DNA of 64,000 nucleotides from Eledone cirrhosa (GCA_964016885.1 OZ024741.1:304234001-304298000); one strand, 5' to 3'; counted from the first letter of the stretch, positions 35,311-49,336 are shown. Numbers and translations: made by a program. Notes: a model not told the origin generated them from the sequence alone.

Positions 35311-35920
35311 GAATAAAATTAGTCCTTCATCAGTGATCTTTCAACCTTCAATGGTATTTCTTCGCTTCAAAGATCATATACCTCTGGTTGGTGCGAGCAA
35401 TAACTAAAAAAAGTTATTGGGACACGTAAAATAGGGTGAAGCGAGTGAGACATGTAAACAAACAAAGATGGTAATGCAACGGAAAGAGAGGAAGAGAAGA
35501 GACAAGTTCGTGATATCTATGAACTTAAGTTTGGTGAAATCATAGACGAGAGGTAAAGACCATCTGACCTGGGCGAGATGTGAGCGAGAAAAGAATTTTA
35601 CACAGGTCAAACGGGAGGAAGTGAGAGAGAGGGAGAAGCAGAGAGTGAGTGAGTGAAAGGGGCGAGGAAGAGGCCAGCTGAGAGAGAGGTGACTGGCTAT
35701 ACCTCTGGTTGGTGTGAGCAATAACTAAAAAAAAGTTGGGACACGTAAATTAGAGTGAAGCGAGGCGACCAATAACTTTCTTAGTTATTGCTCGCACCAA
35801 CCAGAAGGATATGATCTTTAAAGCGAAGAAATACCAATGAAGGTTGGAAGATCACTGATGAAGGACTAATTTTATTCAGATGTAACCCATGTGCAACCAC
35901 GCAGCACACCATTTTTCATA
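35311..35920. repeat. Inverted (35311-35420 / 35769-35877) plus direct (35378-35444 / 35699-35764) repeat structure with partial HHR cores
   Basis: About 110-bp inverted arms each with CTGATGAAGGACTAATTTTATTC. Confidence 0.7.
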
Positions 35921-35966
35921 TATATATAGTATTATATAGTTATGTAATAAACAACATAAGATAATT

Positions 35967-36041
35967 AATTCATTTACCAAAGGTTTAGCGAAGACAGACG
36001 AGCTTGATACTTACGTCTGCCTTCAATCATCAGAAAGAATT
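35967..36041 (-). ncRNA. Degenerate type I hammerhead (GAAA mutated to TAAA)
   Basis: AATTCTTT-CTGATGA-T-12-bp stem II-C-TAAA-CCTTTGG-TA|AATGAATT. Confidence 0.6.
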
Positions 36042-36281
36042 TATTAAAATGGAAGAGAGATATGGATTTGAAAACAGTTTACGATAAATGAAAGTGAGGC
36101 TGAAATAAAATAACAGACATAAAATAAAGGGGAAAAATAAAACTTTTACATTCACACATAAGTATATGTGCGCCTACATGGAAATACTAATACACACATA
36201 TGCACACGCACACAAGCACATACATAGAGCACTCTCTTTTCCTTTACCTTTCCTATGGAAATACTTTATATATATATATTT

Positions 36282-36344
<63 letters not shown>

Positions 36345-36383
36345 ATATATATATATGTGTGTATATATATATATACATATATT

Positions 36384-36434
<51 letters not shown>

Positions 36435-36493
36435 ATATGTATATATATGTGTGTATATATATATTATATATATGTGTGTGTGTGTGTGTGTAT

Positions 36494-36866
36494 ATGACAC
36501 ACGACCGTGACTTCTGGCGTCACGCAGTAATACAGAGTAGCCGACCTCCCATGGGTACAAGCTGAAGCATATAGACAATATGCCCCCACACCCCCCACCG
36601 CAAGGTGGCCGTGGAGGTGCCACGGCAAAAAAGCACCCAGCCCACACTGTAAAGTGGACGTGTAGGCGCCACGAAAAAGCACCCAGCACTCACTGTAAAT
36701 GAGGTTGGTTTAGGAAGGGCATCCAGCTGTAGAAATCAAGCCAGATCAGTTCCTGTATGAGCAAGGCATGGTCAGCCGACCAGACACTGCCCACAACAGG
36801 ACAACCCGTCTAACCCATGCTAGCGTGGAAGAACGGACGTAAAATGGTGATGATGATGATGATGAT
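36494..36866 (+). mobile_element. RTE family C 3' end
   Basis: Reverse complement of about 56266-56631; (GAT)n tail. Confidence 0.88.
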
Positions 36867-36929
36867 ATATTATATATATATATATATTATATATATATAT
36901 ATATATGTATGTAAAAGGTAAACAGAAAT

Positions 36930-37070
36930 AACATATTAAGTTCTTAATATACGGATGTAGAGTAAAAACCCCAACTCTGAACACCTTTACATAGGAGCCA
37001 CATCAACGAGCTTCAAAGACCAATGGTATAACCATACCATCCCCACTCCTTTAATAGGGAGGACAAAAGG
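36930..37070 (+). pseudogene. Degenerate GIY-YIG fragment of another Penelope-like element
   Basis: LIYGCRVKT / NSEHLYIGATSTSFKDQWYNH across a frameshift. Confidence 0.5.
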
Positions 37071-37517
37071 AAAAGTTCAGCTCTTTCCGAACTAATCTGA
37101 AAGTTCAAGCTGGACAGGACCTCGTTCTCTCTGGCCTGGTCCAAAATCAGGAGAGCCACCACCTGATAGAAGGGAATCTGGCAGCTGCAAACTATGTCTG
37201 AGCGAGACCCTTGAAATACTCAGCGGTGGAAGCAGCCTAATAAACCTCAGGACTGACTTCTTCGGTACATGTAGACACCTCAGGGCCAGGACCTTCTTCA
37301 AGCTATATGGACAATAACAACACATTGGGATGGGAACTTCCCTCAAGCTATAGGGACAGTAGCCCCGCCACGCCGAGCCCATTGTAAACCACCGCCTACA
37401 CACTCACCACCCCTACTCCTGCCTCGATCGACTCCTATAGCAATACATACTTATACATATGTCCATACATAGATACTGTTGTTTTAAATTATACATACAT
37501 AGATACTTGCATGTATT

Positions 37518-37558
<41 letters not shown>

Positions 37559-38353
37559 ATGTATATATGTATGTGTGTGTGTGTATATATAATGTGTGTG
37601 TGTGTGTGTATATGTATGTATATATATATACATATGGGATGCACCTGAGCCTGTGTTTTTTGCGTGTGTGCTTGCAATGATGTGTGTTGACATACACGCA
37701 TATGTACTTTATGCCGAAATAGGAACTGTAGTCCTTTGCATTTCCGGATTTTGACACTCAGGTTTTGGTGTTTTTCACTATACTTTTATCTCATTTGTTC
37801 TTAAAACGCACCACTCGATGATAGTGTAAGAATTGTAATTCTTTACACTTCTCGATTCTGACACAGGTTTTCTACTTCACTTAATATTTTTCAAATCTTT
37901 CAAATTTTGATATTGGTTGTAACACACGTATTTTTTATTTTTTTATTTGTTTGGCACCCCCCACCACGTGAAATGGTGGCAGGATATATGCCAACCTACA
38001 CACACAAATTCTTCAGAACATAGCAGCAGCACACTAAAGCTGACCTGCCAGCTGACCCCTTAATACCACTACCAACACAATGGAGGAGGTCAGCTGTACT
38101 TAAACAAAAACAACTACAACAGATTGTCTTGCCTCAGAAAAATTTCTATAGACTTTTGACTGAGGAATGTTCTCACAACTGACCAATGGGATGAGAGAGT
38201 GTCCTATGACACCGAAATTTGTTTGTTCTAACTCATATGATTCCAGTTCCTCAGAGAAATAACAACACGACCAGGAGCTGGACATATCGATGGATTGACA
38301 GAGTAAAACACACTTCAACAACATGTGTACCTGTCTTTCCCACACCAATTCGG

Positions 38354-38408
38354 ACTGCCTGAAGAGGTCACAGCCAATGATGGCTGTCACCGAAATATAT
38401 ATAGCAGT
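38354..38408 (+). ncRNA. Canonical minimal type I hammerhead ribozyme
   Basis: ACTGC-CTGAAGA-GGTCACAGCCA-atga-TGGCTGTCACC-GAAA-TATATA-TA|GCAGT. Confidence 0.85.
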
Positions 38409-38470
38409 AAGATAAAGATAAATTCACATCATGTGGTCGGACGAAAATGCAAGGATTCCTCTTTATTTCA

Positions 38471-41400
38471 GACGCGGATGGCAAACATAACCCCATCTCC
38501 CTCACCCCTCCCTACACCTCCAACCCATCCCTTCCACCCATCAAACGAAATCCAAAACTTCAGAGTTGGTACCATGAATGTGGGCACTTTAAAAGGTCAC
38601 TCTAACGAGGTTGTAGAGATACTTGAACGTAAGGAAGTTGATGCTTGTTGTGTCCATGAGACTAGATGGAGGGTGGGTCTGCTAGATTCATTGTGGGTAA
38701 AAAATGATGCTATAAACTTTTCTGGGTGGCAAATGAAAATGGGCTGGGTGGAGTAGGAATTATGTTAGCTGAAAAATGGGTAGATAAGGTAATTGACGTA
38801 AATAGAGTGAACGACAGAATAATCAAAATAAGACTTGTCCTGTGACAATAATATCCGCTTACGCACCCCAATCTGGACTGCCTGGCGTTATAAAAGACAG
38901 ATTCTATGAGTTGCTAATGCTCACTACCTCCCAACTAACCGACAGTGACTACATAATTATTGCTGGCGACCTAAATGGTCATGTTGGACAACATTGTGAC
39001 GGCTATGATGGAATCCATGGAGGCTACGGGTTTGGTATCAGAAATGAGGAAGGCTTCAGAATTCTGGAATTCTGTGACACAAACTTCAAAAAATGAGAAA
39101 ATCACTTGATCACCTACAGATCAGGGGAACACGCCAGCCAGATAGATTATATCCTTACTAGAAGACGTGACAAAGTGTCTGTTGTAAACACTAAATCCCT
39201 CAAAGTTAGTGAACTCATAGTCACGACAAGTCGTACTCAACAAGAGAGGAGGACCACCCTGAGAAGAAGAATATGGAAGTTAAAGGACCCCACACCAGTA
39301 ACAAATTTAAAAGCATACTACTTGATGCTTTTGACAGTAAGGAAGAGCAATTAGAGACGTACAGTATAGAGGAACAGTGGGAATTCCTGAACGTTAACCT
39401 GCTGAAGGCGACAGATGAAATCTGTGACTGGAGCAGACCTATAGGCAGGAGGAGAGTAACATGGTGGTGAAACAGTAAGGTGGAGGAGTCGATCAAGGCC
39501 AAAAAGCAAGCTTGGAAAGTATGGCAGGATGGAGGAAGTAGAGAACACTATCAAGTGGCCAGGAGGGAAGCTAGGAGACAAGTGTACCTTGCAAGAAGGG
39601 AAGCAGAGGAAAGAAAGTTCAAGCATGATCTACAACGCGAGGACCAAAAACGTGAGGTGTTCAGGGGTGCTAGACAATTTGTCAAGGAAAACCGTGATAT
39701 TGTCGGGGAGAAGTGTGTCCGTAATGATGATGGTATACTTGCCATCACTGATACTGATAAGGTAGCTTGGAAGTGTCACTACAAGAGGCTACTAAATGAG
39801 GAGAATAAGTGGGAAAAAGATAGTCTGCCCCAAATCGATCCAATAGAAGGACCAGCAGTGCAAGTTGAAGGTAGTATAAGTAAGGCAATCAAAGATATGA
39901 AGACAGGCAAAGCAGCTGGGCCTTCGGAGATAGTTGCTGAAATGCTGAAAGCATCTGGATCGGTGGGACACACTACGGTCTCCCAGATAATAAACCAAGT
40001 CATACAGAATGGGGTCATACCAAATGACTGGCGTAGCAGCATCATCATTAACTGCTACAAAGGTAAAGGAGATGCCCTAGATAGGGGTAACTATAGAGGC
40101 ATTAAATTAATCGACCAGGTCATGAAGGTCACAGAAAAAGTAATAGCGCAACTAATCAGAGAGCGAATTGATCTAGATGAAATGCAGTTCGGGTTTGTGT
40201 CAGGTAAAAGTACCACAGACACTCTTTTCATTGTACGACAACTACAGGAGAAGTACCTAGCTAAAAGTAAACCCCTATAATTAGCCTTTGTTAACTTGGA
40301 GAAAGCCTTTGACAAAGTCCCCCGTTCCATTATCTGGTGGGCTCTTAGAAAACTAGGTGTTGATGAATGGCTCGTGAGAGCTATACAAGCCATGTATAAA
40401 GAAACAATCAGCAAGGTTAGAATTAACAACGAATATAGGTGAAGAATTTAGCGTAAAAGTCAGTTTTCATCAGGGCTCTGTCCTTAACCCCCTCCTATTT
40501 ATTATTGCCCTTCAGGCTATAACAGAGGAGTTCAAGACCTGCTGCCCGTGGGAACTTCTATACGCAGATGATCTAACGCTCATAGCTGAATCAATGGCTG
40601 AACTAGAGAAGAAATTCCAAACTTGGAAGCATGGCCTAGAATCAAAAGTTCTAGTATATAGGAAGGAAAATAGGGCACTGGTCCCCTCTGGAAAATGGCA
40701 TGCTCAGTGTGTAGGAAAAGAGTAGGCAGAAACTCCATTTTATGTCCCAAATGCAAAGTATAGGTGCATAAAAGATGTAGTGGGATCACAGGTAAACTAA
40801 CTAAAAACATAGATTTTATATGTGGCCAGTGCTCTGGTGCAATAAGTAGTAGCAAGTGCCCACATGATACTAGCTCCTTCTATTGCCCAGATGGTTCTAT
40901 AGAAATAGTGGACGCCTTCCATTACCTGGCTGACAAAATCAGCAGAGGTGGAGGGTGCTCTGAAAGTACAGTAGCTAGAGTCAGAACGGGATGGAAAAAG
41001 TTCAGAGAGCTTATACCACTATTAGGGTTCTCCCTAAAAATGAAAGGCAGGTTGTATGATGCCTGCATACGAACAGCAATGTTGCATGGCAGTGAGACAT
41101 GGGCATTGTGTGCAGAGAATCTGCGCAGACTGGAGAGGAACGAAGCTTGCATGCTCCGTTGGATGTGTAATAGTAATAAATGAACTAAGTGAGAAATTAG
41201 GAATAAGAGGGATCAGATGCTGTTTACTTGAGAGAAGACTACGTTGGTATGGTCACGTGATGCGCATGAAAGACGACAGCTGTATAAAAAAGTGCAGGCA
41301 ATCAAAATAGATGGAAGCTACGGAGTAGACATACCCAGAAAAACCTGGGACGATTTGATAAATTCCGACCTTACACCTCTCCAAGACAATATCTCTGGGC

Positions 41401-41811
41401 CGTGATCTTTGGTGCTACGTAGTAATACAGAAGACCCGCCTTGCCTAAGTACAAAACGAAAGCTACAGTCAGTAGGCACCTCCTAACCAAAAATACACCC
41501 CCATCTACACCACCACTTTCTCTGTAAATTTATGTTGGTGCAACAACAGCCAGTTCTAAATAAATGAGGTCGTGTAGGTGTCACGACAAAAAAAAAACAC
41601 AGTCCACGCTGTAATGTGGCCATGTAGGTAACACAGTAAAAACCTCCCAGTCCACACTGTAAACGTGGTTGGTGTTAGGAAGGGCATCCAGCCGTAGAAA
41701 ACCCGCCAGACAGTCCTACACGAGCAAGACAACCAATCTTGCCTCACGTGGGACAATTCCCGTCTAAACCCATGCTAGAGTGGAAGATAGACGTTTAACG
41801 ATAATGATGAT
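38471..41811 (+). mobile_element. Near full-length decayed RTE family A LINE (APE + RT, many stops and frameshifts)
   Basis: FRVGTMNVGTLKG, SAYAPQ, IAGDLNGHVG, QIDYIL, RT motifs, (GAT)n tail. Confidence 0.92.
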
Positions 41812-41920
41812 TAATTATATATATTATATATATATATTATATTATATATATATATATTATATATATATATATTATATTATATTATATTATATTATATTAT
41901 ATATATTATATTATATATAT

Positions 41921-42250
41921 CATCATCATCATTTCATTTTACGTCCGCTTTTCCCTGCTTGCAAGGGTGGGACGGGAACTGATTCTGGCTTGATTTCTAC
42001 AGCTGGATTCCCTTCCTAACACCAACCTCATTTACAGTGAGTGCTGGGTGCTTTTTTTTTTTCCGTGGCGCCTACACGTCCACTTTGCAGTGGAATGATA
42101 TGGACCCCAGTCCCTATCATCTCATTTCTACAGCTGAGTAAACTGGAGCAATGTGAAATAAAGTGTCTTGCTCAAGGAAACAACACATCACCCGGTCTGA
42201 GAATTGAACTCACAACCTTTCGATTGCAAGACCAATGCTCTAACCACTAA
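41921..42250 (-). mobile_element. tRNA/CORE SINE with RTE-derived tail
   Basis: A-box-like TAGTGGTTAGAGC, B-box-like GAGTTCAATTC, CORE-like body, tail matching RTE-C then RTE-B. Confidence 0.8.
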
Positions 42251-44657
42251 TATATATTCAGTACACAAAAATGCCCTCACTTTCTTACTTGGAAAAAGTT
42301 ACCTCTATGGTGCAAATTTGGTGCTTTTTGGTCCAGCCGTTTGGTATTTTTGTGTACTGAATTTTGTTAAAAGATTAAAGGCATTATTTAAATATTCACT
42401 TCTTTAAAATTTTCAAATGTCAACACTTCCGGTTATACGTCATTCCTCACTTTTCCTTCTTAGTGTCTTTTTAGATAGATATATAGCTATATATCTCTGT
42501 ATGTCTGGCTGTCTGCATTAGATACATAGCTATGATGTAGCACAACATTCCTCTCGCGCCCTTAGCTATATATGTCTGTATGTTTGGCTGTCTGCATTAG
42601 ATAACGTTTTTCGAAAAATTTACTTCTGCGTTCACAGATTGATTTTTTTAGTTTCAGAAAATCCTGTTATGGGTGAAAGCAGCGATTCTTTGCTTAAACT
42701 TAAATACATATATTTTTGCATTTGCTTAAACTTACATACAGACATTTTTGCATACACAAACGCATATGCCACCCAAAAGGTCCCAGGCTGGTCGAAAATA
42801 TTTTTTTAAAGTGAGGAAAGACTGTTCACTCAGCCAATCCCACTAACCCGAAAAAAAGAAAAGATCAACATCATCGGGAACTACTGAGCCGCAGGTTTTA
42901 TATCAGAGTTATCCCAGTTTCCTGAGTTGCCTTCTCCTAGAAGAATACCCTGACAAAAGCTAGGGGTCCTTCACTCCCAGTGGTTTAACCGCGCGATCGG
43001 GTGTCCAGCCCGACCATTTCTATGTCCCCGCACACAGATATTTTTGCATACACAAAAACATTTATTTCACGATGGAGCCAAAATTCCACCCAAAAGGTTC
43101 CAGCCTGGCCACAAGATTAGATTTTCCAGAAGAAAAAATGTTACTAGAGCAAGAGAGTCTGAAGATGATCATGAACGCCTTCAGCAGATGAGAACTCAAG
43201 CGAGAGCAATTCAATTAGCCCAGTCTCAAGAGCAGCGCCAGTCTCGCCTTCAGCAACTGAGGTCCTGTGCAGAAGGCAGGAGAGCAACACAGACAAAACA
43301 AGCCAGATTAGAGAAGGTGAGTTCACAAGCTGATTGCATCCACATTGCAATACAGCATCAGTGTGCCATACAGGTCCTTGCAAAACTGAGTCCGATTTTA
43401 AGAGGGCATAAGTACAACAATTCTGATCAAATTACAGGGCAGTCATCAATATTTGTTTGCCTACAGTAATCAAAATGTTGTCAAAGATTTTATATCAGGT
43501 CAACAATGTTAACCTGTACATTAATTGTTCTAGGATATAAATTCATCGCATCAAACAGCGCTATCAACAGTTCAGTTCAGCTATCAATAGAAAGCTTCTA
43601 TATGCGCTTCCACATTAGATTTTTGTCGAACCCAGCATTGATCATTTATCAGTGCATCTTGAGTCCCAATCTTTCGGTACAACGAAATATATTTCCTAAA
43701 TGAACTTTTCCAAAGGTAACTCCTTTAAAAGTAAATAGATTTACCGTGTTTCAACCAAAGTATATGAATCAGACATACAACAGTTTCATTTGTCACAATA
43801 TTTTAAGTTTTTCTACAGACATTCAGTAAAACTGTCGAACTTCAGAGGTATAATTTGGCTACTTATTAAGAAAGTAGTACCACAATCGATGGGAACATTG
43901 ATATAGGTCCAAAAGATCTGCTTCATTATAATACATACACTGAATATTTTACGACCAGTGGTAGGACTAAGTTTTGCAGGGAACTGTAATGAGCAAAAAT
44001 TATTTTTTTAATTATTCTACAGGTGAAAGAGAAACACCTTCGGTCGACAGTTGGACCTATCAGAGAAGCCTATCCTGCCGGTCAACAAGTCAGAGATGCC
44101 CTAAAAAACTCCAGTTCAGCCTTTTGATATGACTCCACCGTCAACTATTCTATCGCTTCTCAACTTGGATCCATGAACACATTGTCAAGCTTTCAAGTGG
44201 GACAGGGAGGCGCCAGGCATGTGCTGCAGTGGAGGCAAATATGTCAACAAGGGGTCAGGGTCAGTGTTCAATCTTCAAGCACAGAATGGCAGAGATGAAG
44301 TGAAACAATACCAGAGTGGTTGATACATAAGCAGCAATGAGGCCATTTGGCAAATTCTCGGTTTCCCACTTCATGAACGCCATCCTGCAGTCGAGCACCT
44401 GGCAGTGATTCGCGAAAATGGCCAAAGAATTTTCTTCCATCCAGAACAGGCTGCTCAAATTGTTCAAGAACCACCGAAGAATACAACCCTTACGGCCTTT
44501 TTCAAGACGAATTCGCACAAACACTCTTCTATTGGCAACTTCCCCGCTTCTACATATGGAACAGACCAACCCGAACGTGGCAGCGTAGAAAGGCTGGCAA
44601 AGCAGTGGAAGGACGCCCTCAGATCAAGTCAGCAGATGTTCTTGGAAGGGTCTACAG

Positions 44658-47126
44658 CAAAGGTTCTCAACAGAGGGCATATGCACCCCCAAGGGGCGTT
44701 TCGGAACTCCAGGGGGGGGGGGGTGAGCAAGGAGGAATTAGGGGGCGTTTGGAGCTTTGGGGTGCACTGGAAGGCTCTTTACTTTGGTAAGTTTTATAAG
44801 CCATATTTGTATGTCTTTGAGACAGCCAGTGTGAATGCATTTGAATGAGCATGCAGACAGCATAACTATGGTCTGACTGCAGCTGTGAGCAGGTGTGTTT
44901 AGACATTAACCGGCAATTGAGATCTTAACAATGGAAAAGCCCACAGTCAACTGGGTCAAGGACACTTCAAGCGCAGCCAGTTAGAATCTTGTCTTTCCTT
45001 CACCGATAACAATGTATTTCATGTCTGAAATTATTGACTCAACCGTAACGAGTTAACACTATTTTATTTCCTATTGTATAAATAATATTACAAATAAAAA
45101 AAGAAAAAAAACACAGAAGCGGGTAGCACACACACACATCTAGGACCACATGCAACACATAAGGAGGTAACACACACATCTAGGACCACATACAACACAC
45201 AGGCAGGTAATACATACATTTAGGACCACATACAACACATAAGCAGGTAATAAACACATCTAGGACAACATACATACAACACATAATCAGGTAATACAAA
45301 CATCTAGGACCACATACAACACATAGTCAGGTAATACATACATCTAGGACCACATGCAATACATAAGCAGGTAATACATACATCTATGACTACCTACAAC
45401 ACACAGGCAGATAATACATACATCTAGGACCAAATACAACACACATTGTATCATGTGCTACGCAAGAGCAATGGTCGGCCAACATAAGAGTTTTGTCACT
45501 CTTCTGAAGAGAGAAAATCTATCTGTATTTGTCGTTCATCAACAACACTTGGCTGCGAAGAAACTCAGCAAGCCACTGAGCAAGTCCTTGCAGGTGGCCC
45601 TTGATGTCATCAATTTTATCAAACGGCATTCCCTCAATGAACGAATTTTCCGGCAACTGTGCCAAGATAATGACGAAGAATTCGTCAAGTTGCTCCTTCA
45701 TAATGAAGTGAGGTGGCTTTCAAAGAGCAAGTGCCTTACTTTTAACTGTTTGACTCTATCATTGAGTTTCTGCGAGGACGCAACACAGACTTGTACAAGA
45801 AAACCCTCGATGTGAGGCAAAACTGCACCTACTTCACCGACATCTCGTCGACAAATCCAATAGCGTCATTTTGGCTTTGCAGGGGAAGAAGATCACCTTG
45901 CTTAAAGCAAGGAATGCTGTGAAAACATTCCTGGCCAAATTGAATGTCATCGAAAGGAATCTTTGTTGACAGGAATTCTATAATTTTCCTAGTGTCGCCA
46001 ATGTTCAAAACATTGTAAGCGATGACCAACTCCAAATTTATACCACTCACCTCCGTGCACTACAAGACAACATGAGAGAACGGTTTGTCGACCTTTTGCC
46101 AATGGACATCCCAATGTGCGTAGCAGATCCCTTCATAGCTAACGTCGATGATTTGGACGTTATATTTCAGGAAGAATTCATTGAACTTCAAGCAGATGTC
46201 ATGATCAAAATTAGATTTCCCAAAATAGGTGAACCCCTTTTTTGGATGCAAGAGGAAATTCAGCGTCGATTTCCACACCTACATGCAGAGGCTAAGAGAT
46301 TTGCTCTGCCTTTTCCAAGCTCATACTTAGTCAAGAGGAGGTTTGGTGCTGTTTCCAGACTGCACAGTAAGGCTCGCAACCGCTACAATGTAATTACACA
46401 TGGAGATCTCCGGCTACAGCTTACGAAAATCCAGCCTGACGTCAAAGAGTTAGCTAGACTCCATAAAGTTCAACGGTCCCATTGAAATGAGGTCAAAGTT
46501 AAAGTAAGTTGATTTATCCGAAAACTTGGATATGTTATTGTTACAAAGCAAACTAACAATTTTTTTTGTTTGTACTTGCAGTCTGACTGGACTGGAAACC
46601 ATCTACTACAATTCACTTACTCATTTGTTGTATATATTTTACCATTTACTAATAAATATACCCTCCCGCGTGGTCATGAAAACCCTCTTCCGTGGTCTCT
46701 AAGCTCACAAAGCAGAGGGGACATCAAGTTAGATATCAACATTTATTCTGTCCGTTTCATTAAAGGGAAAATTGGAAATCTTTGAAATGATATAATTGCC
46801 ACTTTCTTCCAGATAAGAGCACTCTTTGGATAGACAGAGTTGCTCTTGTATAAATGTTCAAAATAGTTGGTATCGCCTGGTGGGAATATAACAAATTCAA
46901 CTGGTCCTTATTCATAAAAAAGAAATTTTATGTTCCTTTTTTTGAAATTTATATATTTCCCTTCAAGGAATGTATTTATACTCTCAGCTGCCTGCAATGG
47001 TATCTTTGGAATATTGTTAATCCATTTTTTAGTAATCTACAGATATCAAAATCAGTAGTAGGGGGGCGTTTCGCGATTTCGAGGGACAAAAGGGGGTGTT
47101 TGGCCTAAATGGGTTGAGAACCTGTG
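44658..47126 (+). mobile_element. hAT transposon (Buster/Charlie-like) nested in the Helitron; transposase remnant 45453-46485
   Basis: 8-bp TSD GTCTACAG (44650-57, 47127-34); TIR CAAAGGTTCTCAAC (13/14); LLLHNEVRWLSK, FPSSYLV..GDLRLQL. Confidence 0.93.
45125..45445 (+). repeat. About 40-bp minisatellite, roughly 8 units, inside the hAT
   Basis: Unit CATCTAGGACCACATACAACACATAAGCAGGTAATACATA. Confidence 0.9.
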
Positions 47127-49300
47127 GTCTACAGCATCCAACCGACTCAGTTCGAGTGTTTCTTCCTAAGAATGCTCCTGTTCGAGGTTAGAGGACCACA
47201 GTCTTTCCAAGATCTGAGAACCATCAATGGCCATCAATGTTCCACTTACCGTTTGGTTTGCCAGATGCATGGTATGTTACACGATGACATCCATTGGTAC
47301 CTCACCCTGCAAGAAGCAGCAACTGCTAAAGTCCCTTCTCAGCTGCAAACACTTTTTGCTATTATGCTGCACAACTGCGATCTCGCCGACCCTCTCGCAA
47401 TGTGGAACAACCACCACAAAAGTCTAGCTGAGGACATCCTCCACCGCAGACACAATCCGAACGTAACATACAATGTCATTTTCAATGAGGCGTTGATTTG
47501 TCTTGAAAACAGTGTCCTGGAGATTGGTGGTAGGCCTCTAAGTCACTACAGCTTACCTGCTCCTGACAGGAGTGTCCAGAGGTCAACGTCTACAGAGCTT
47601 CTCCGCGAGACGAGCTATGAAATCAGTGCTCTTCATGAGTTTATTAATACCAACGAACCCAAATTGATCCATGATCAGCAACTGGCTTACAAAACCATTA
47701 ATGATGATGTGATAACCAAAAAGGGTGGCCTCTTCTTCGTTGATGCTCCAGGAGGCACGGCAAAGACATTCGTCATCGACCTCTTACTTGCAACGATGAG
47801 AAAGAACAGGTGGATCGCACTGGCCATTGCTTCCTCTGGAATTGCAGCAACTCTTCACTCCAGAGGTCGCACCGCTCATTCCAGTTTCAAACTCCCGCTG
47901 AACCTTGCGAAGATTGAAACTCCAATCTGCAACATTCAACGCGGAAGTGCTCTGGCTGATCTCATCAAACAGTGTCGCCTCATTGTCTGGGATGAATGCA
48001 CTATGGCTCACAAAGGTACTTATTTCTAATTTGGGCGTCATTTTTTTTTTTCTACTTTTTTTGTTTTTTGGCACTTTTGACATCTTCCTATAATTCCTTT
48101 TTCATGTTTTTTTCTCACACAGCTGCTTTTGAGGCGCTGGACAAGACGTTTGAAGAAATAACTCCGTCATGGGAGGCATTACCTTCGTCATGGCTGGTAA
48201 CTTCAGACAAACACTTCCAGTTATCCTTCGCGGAACTCGAGCTGACGAGGTGAAGGCATCAATTAAGTCTTCATACCTCTGGAACAAAATCTCAAAGCTC
48301 AGTCTGTCGACCAATATGAGGGTTCACCTGCATGGTGACCAACAAGCAGGAAATTTTGCACAGCACCTACTTGAGCTTGGAAGAGGGACAAGGCTGGTGA
48401 TGGACTCATTGGGATGGATTGAATTGAGATGGTCGTCCAGACAGAAGAAGAACTTTCATCCAAAGTCTTCCCACGGCTGTCTGAGAATTTTACTTGCCGT
48501 GATTGGCTCTGTGAAAGAGCAATACTTGCACCAAGAAATGACAATGCCAGAGACATCAACGATAGGCTGCTTAAGCAGATCCCTGGGCCTGTTTGCACAT
48601 ACCAGTCAATCGATTATGTGGTTGACACAAATGTGGCAGTTCAATACCCAGTGGAATTCTTGAACGTTCCTCCACACAGGTTGGAGTTAAAGCTTGGTGC
48701 CCCTATCCTCCTGCTGCAAATCTGAACCCACCAAAGCTCTGCAATTGCACACGACTTGCAGTCAAGCAGATGCTGCGTCATGTCTTTGAAGCCACAATCA
48801 TGACTGGAGTTGGTAGGGAAGATGTATTTATTCCTCGCATCCCGTTGCCGCCAGCCGACTTACCCTTTGAGTTCAAGCGACTTCAGTTTCCAATAAGACT
48901 AAGCTTCGCGATTACCATCAACAAGCTCAGGGCCAAACCCTATAAGTGGCTGGCCTTCATCTGGGAAAACCATGCTTCACCCATGGTCAAGTGTATGTAT
49001 GATGCTTTAGGGTGAGATCGCCAAACAATCTCTTCATCTTTGCTCCGGAGGGCCGAACAAAAAATATTGTATACTCTGAGGCTCTAACAATGTAATATAA
49101 ATATTTTCAGTTACTTGGAATCAGAAAAGTGATTCAAACGCAACATCGGAGCACGTTAACCCCCACCTAACTCCCACCCCATCCCAACCTCGCAGACTTG
49201 AGAGGGTATGTGGTAGCTTTGCAGTGGAGTGTAGGAGAGATTCCTGAAAAGATAAAATGCCGGTATACCTAGCCGGGCACCAGCCGGTCGAGCCAGCTAG

Positions 49301-49336
<36 letters not shown>

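Larger units (their letters stand above)
42480..49300 (+). mobile_element. Decayed Helitron (Rep-helicase remnant; 5' boundary uncertain)
   Basis: KWDREAPGMCCSGGK, YISSNEAIWQI, PIF1 motifs DAPGGTAKT, WDECTM, GNFRQTLPV, AILAPRN, QFPIRLSFAITINK; 3' GC hairpin + CTAG at 49297-49300 followed by T. Confidence 0.88.

Noticed and set aside
37810-37860. CGATGA followed by hairpin AGTGTAAGAATT/AATTCTTTACACT
   Set aside because: Both core motifs are broken, so it cannot be called a ribozyme
42190-42250. tRNA-like A/B boxes
   Set aside because: SINE head, no complete cloverleaf
43159-43180. CTGAAGA-TGATCAT-GAAC
   Set aside because: Lies in Helitron coding sequence with no supporting stems
45125-45445. 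Regularly spaced repeats resembling a CRISPR array
   Set aside because: Whole units repeat with no unique spacers, no cas genes, eukaryotic hAT context
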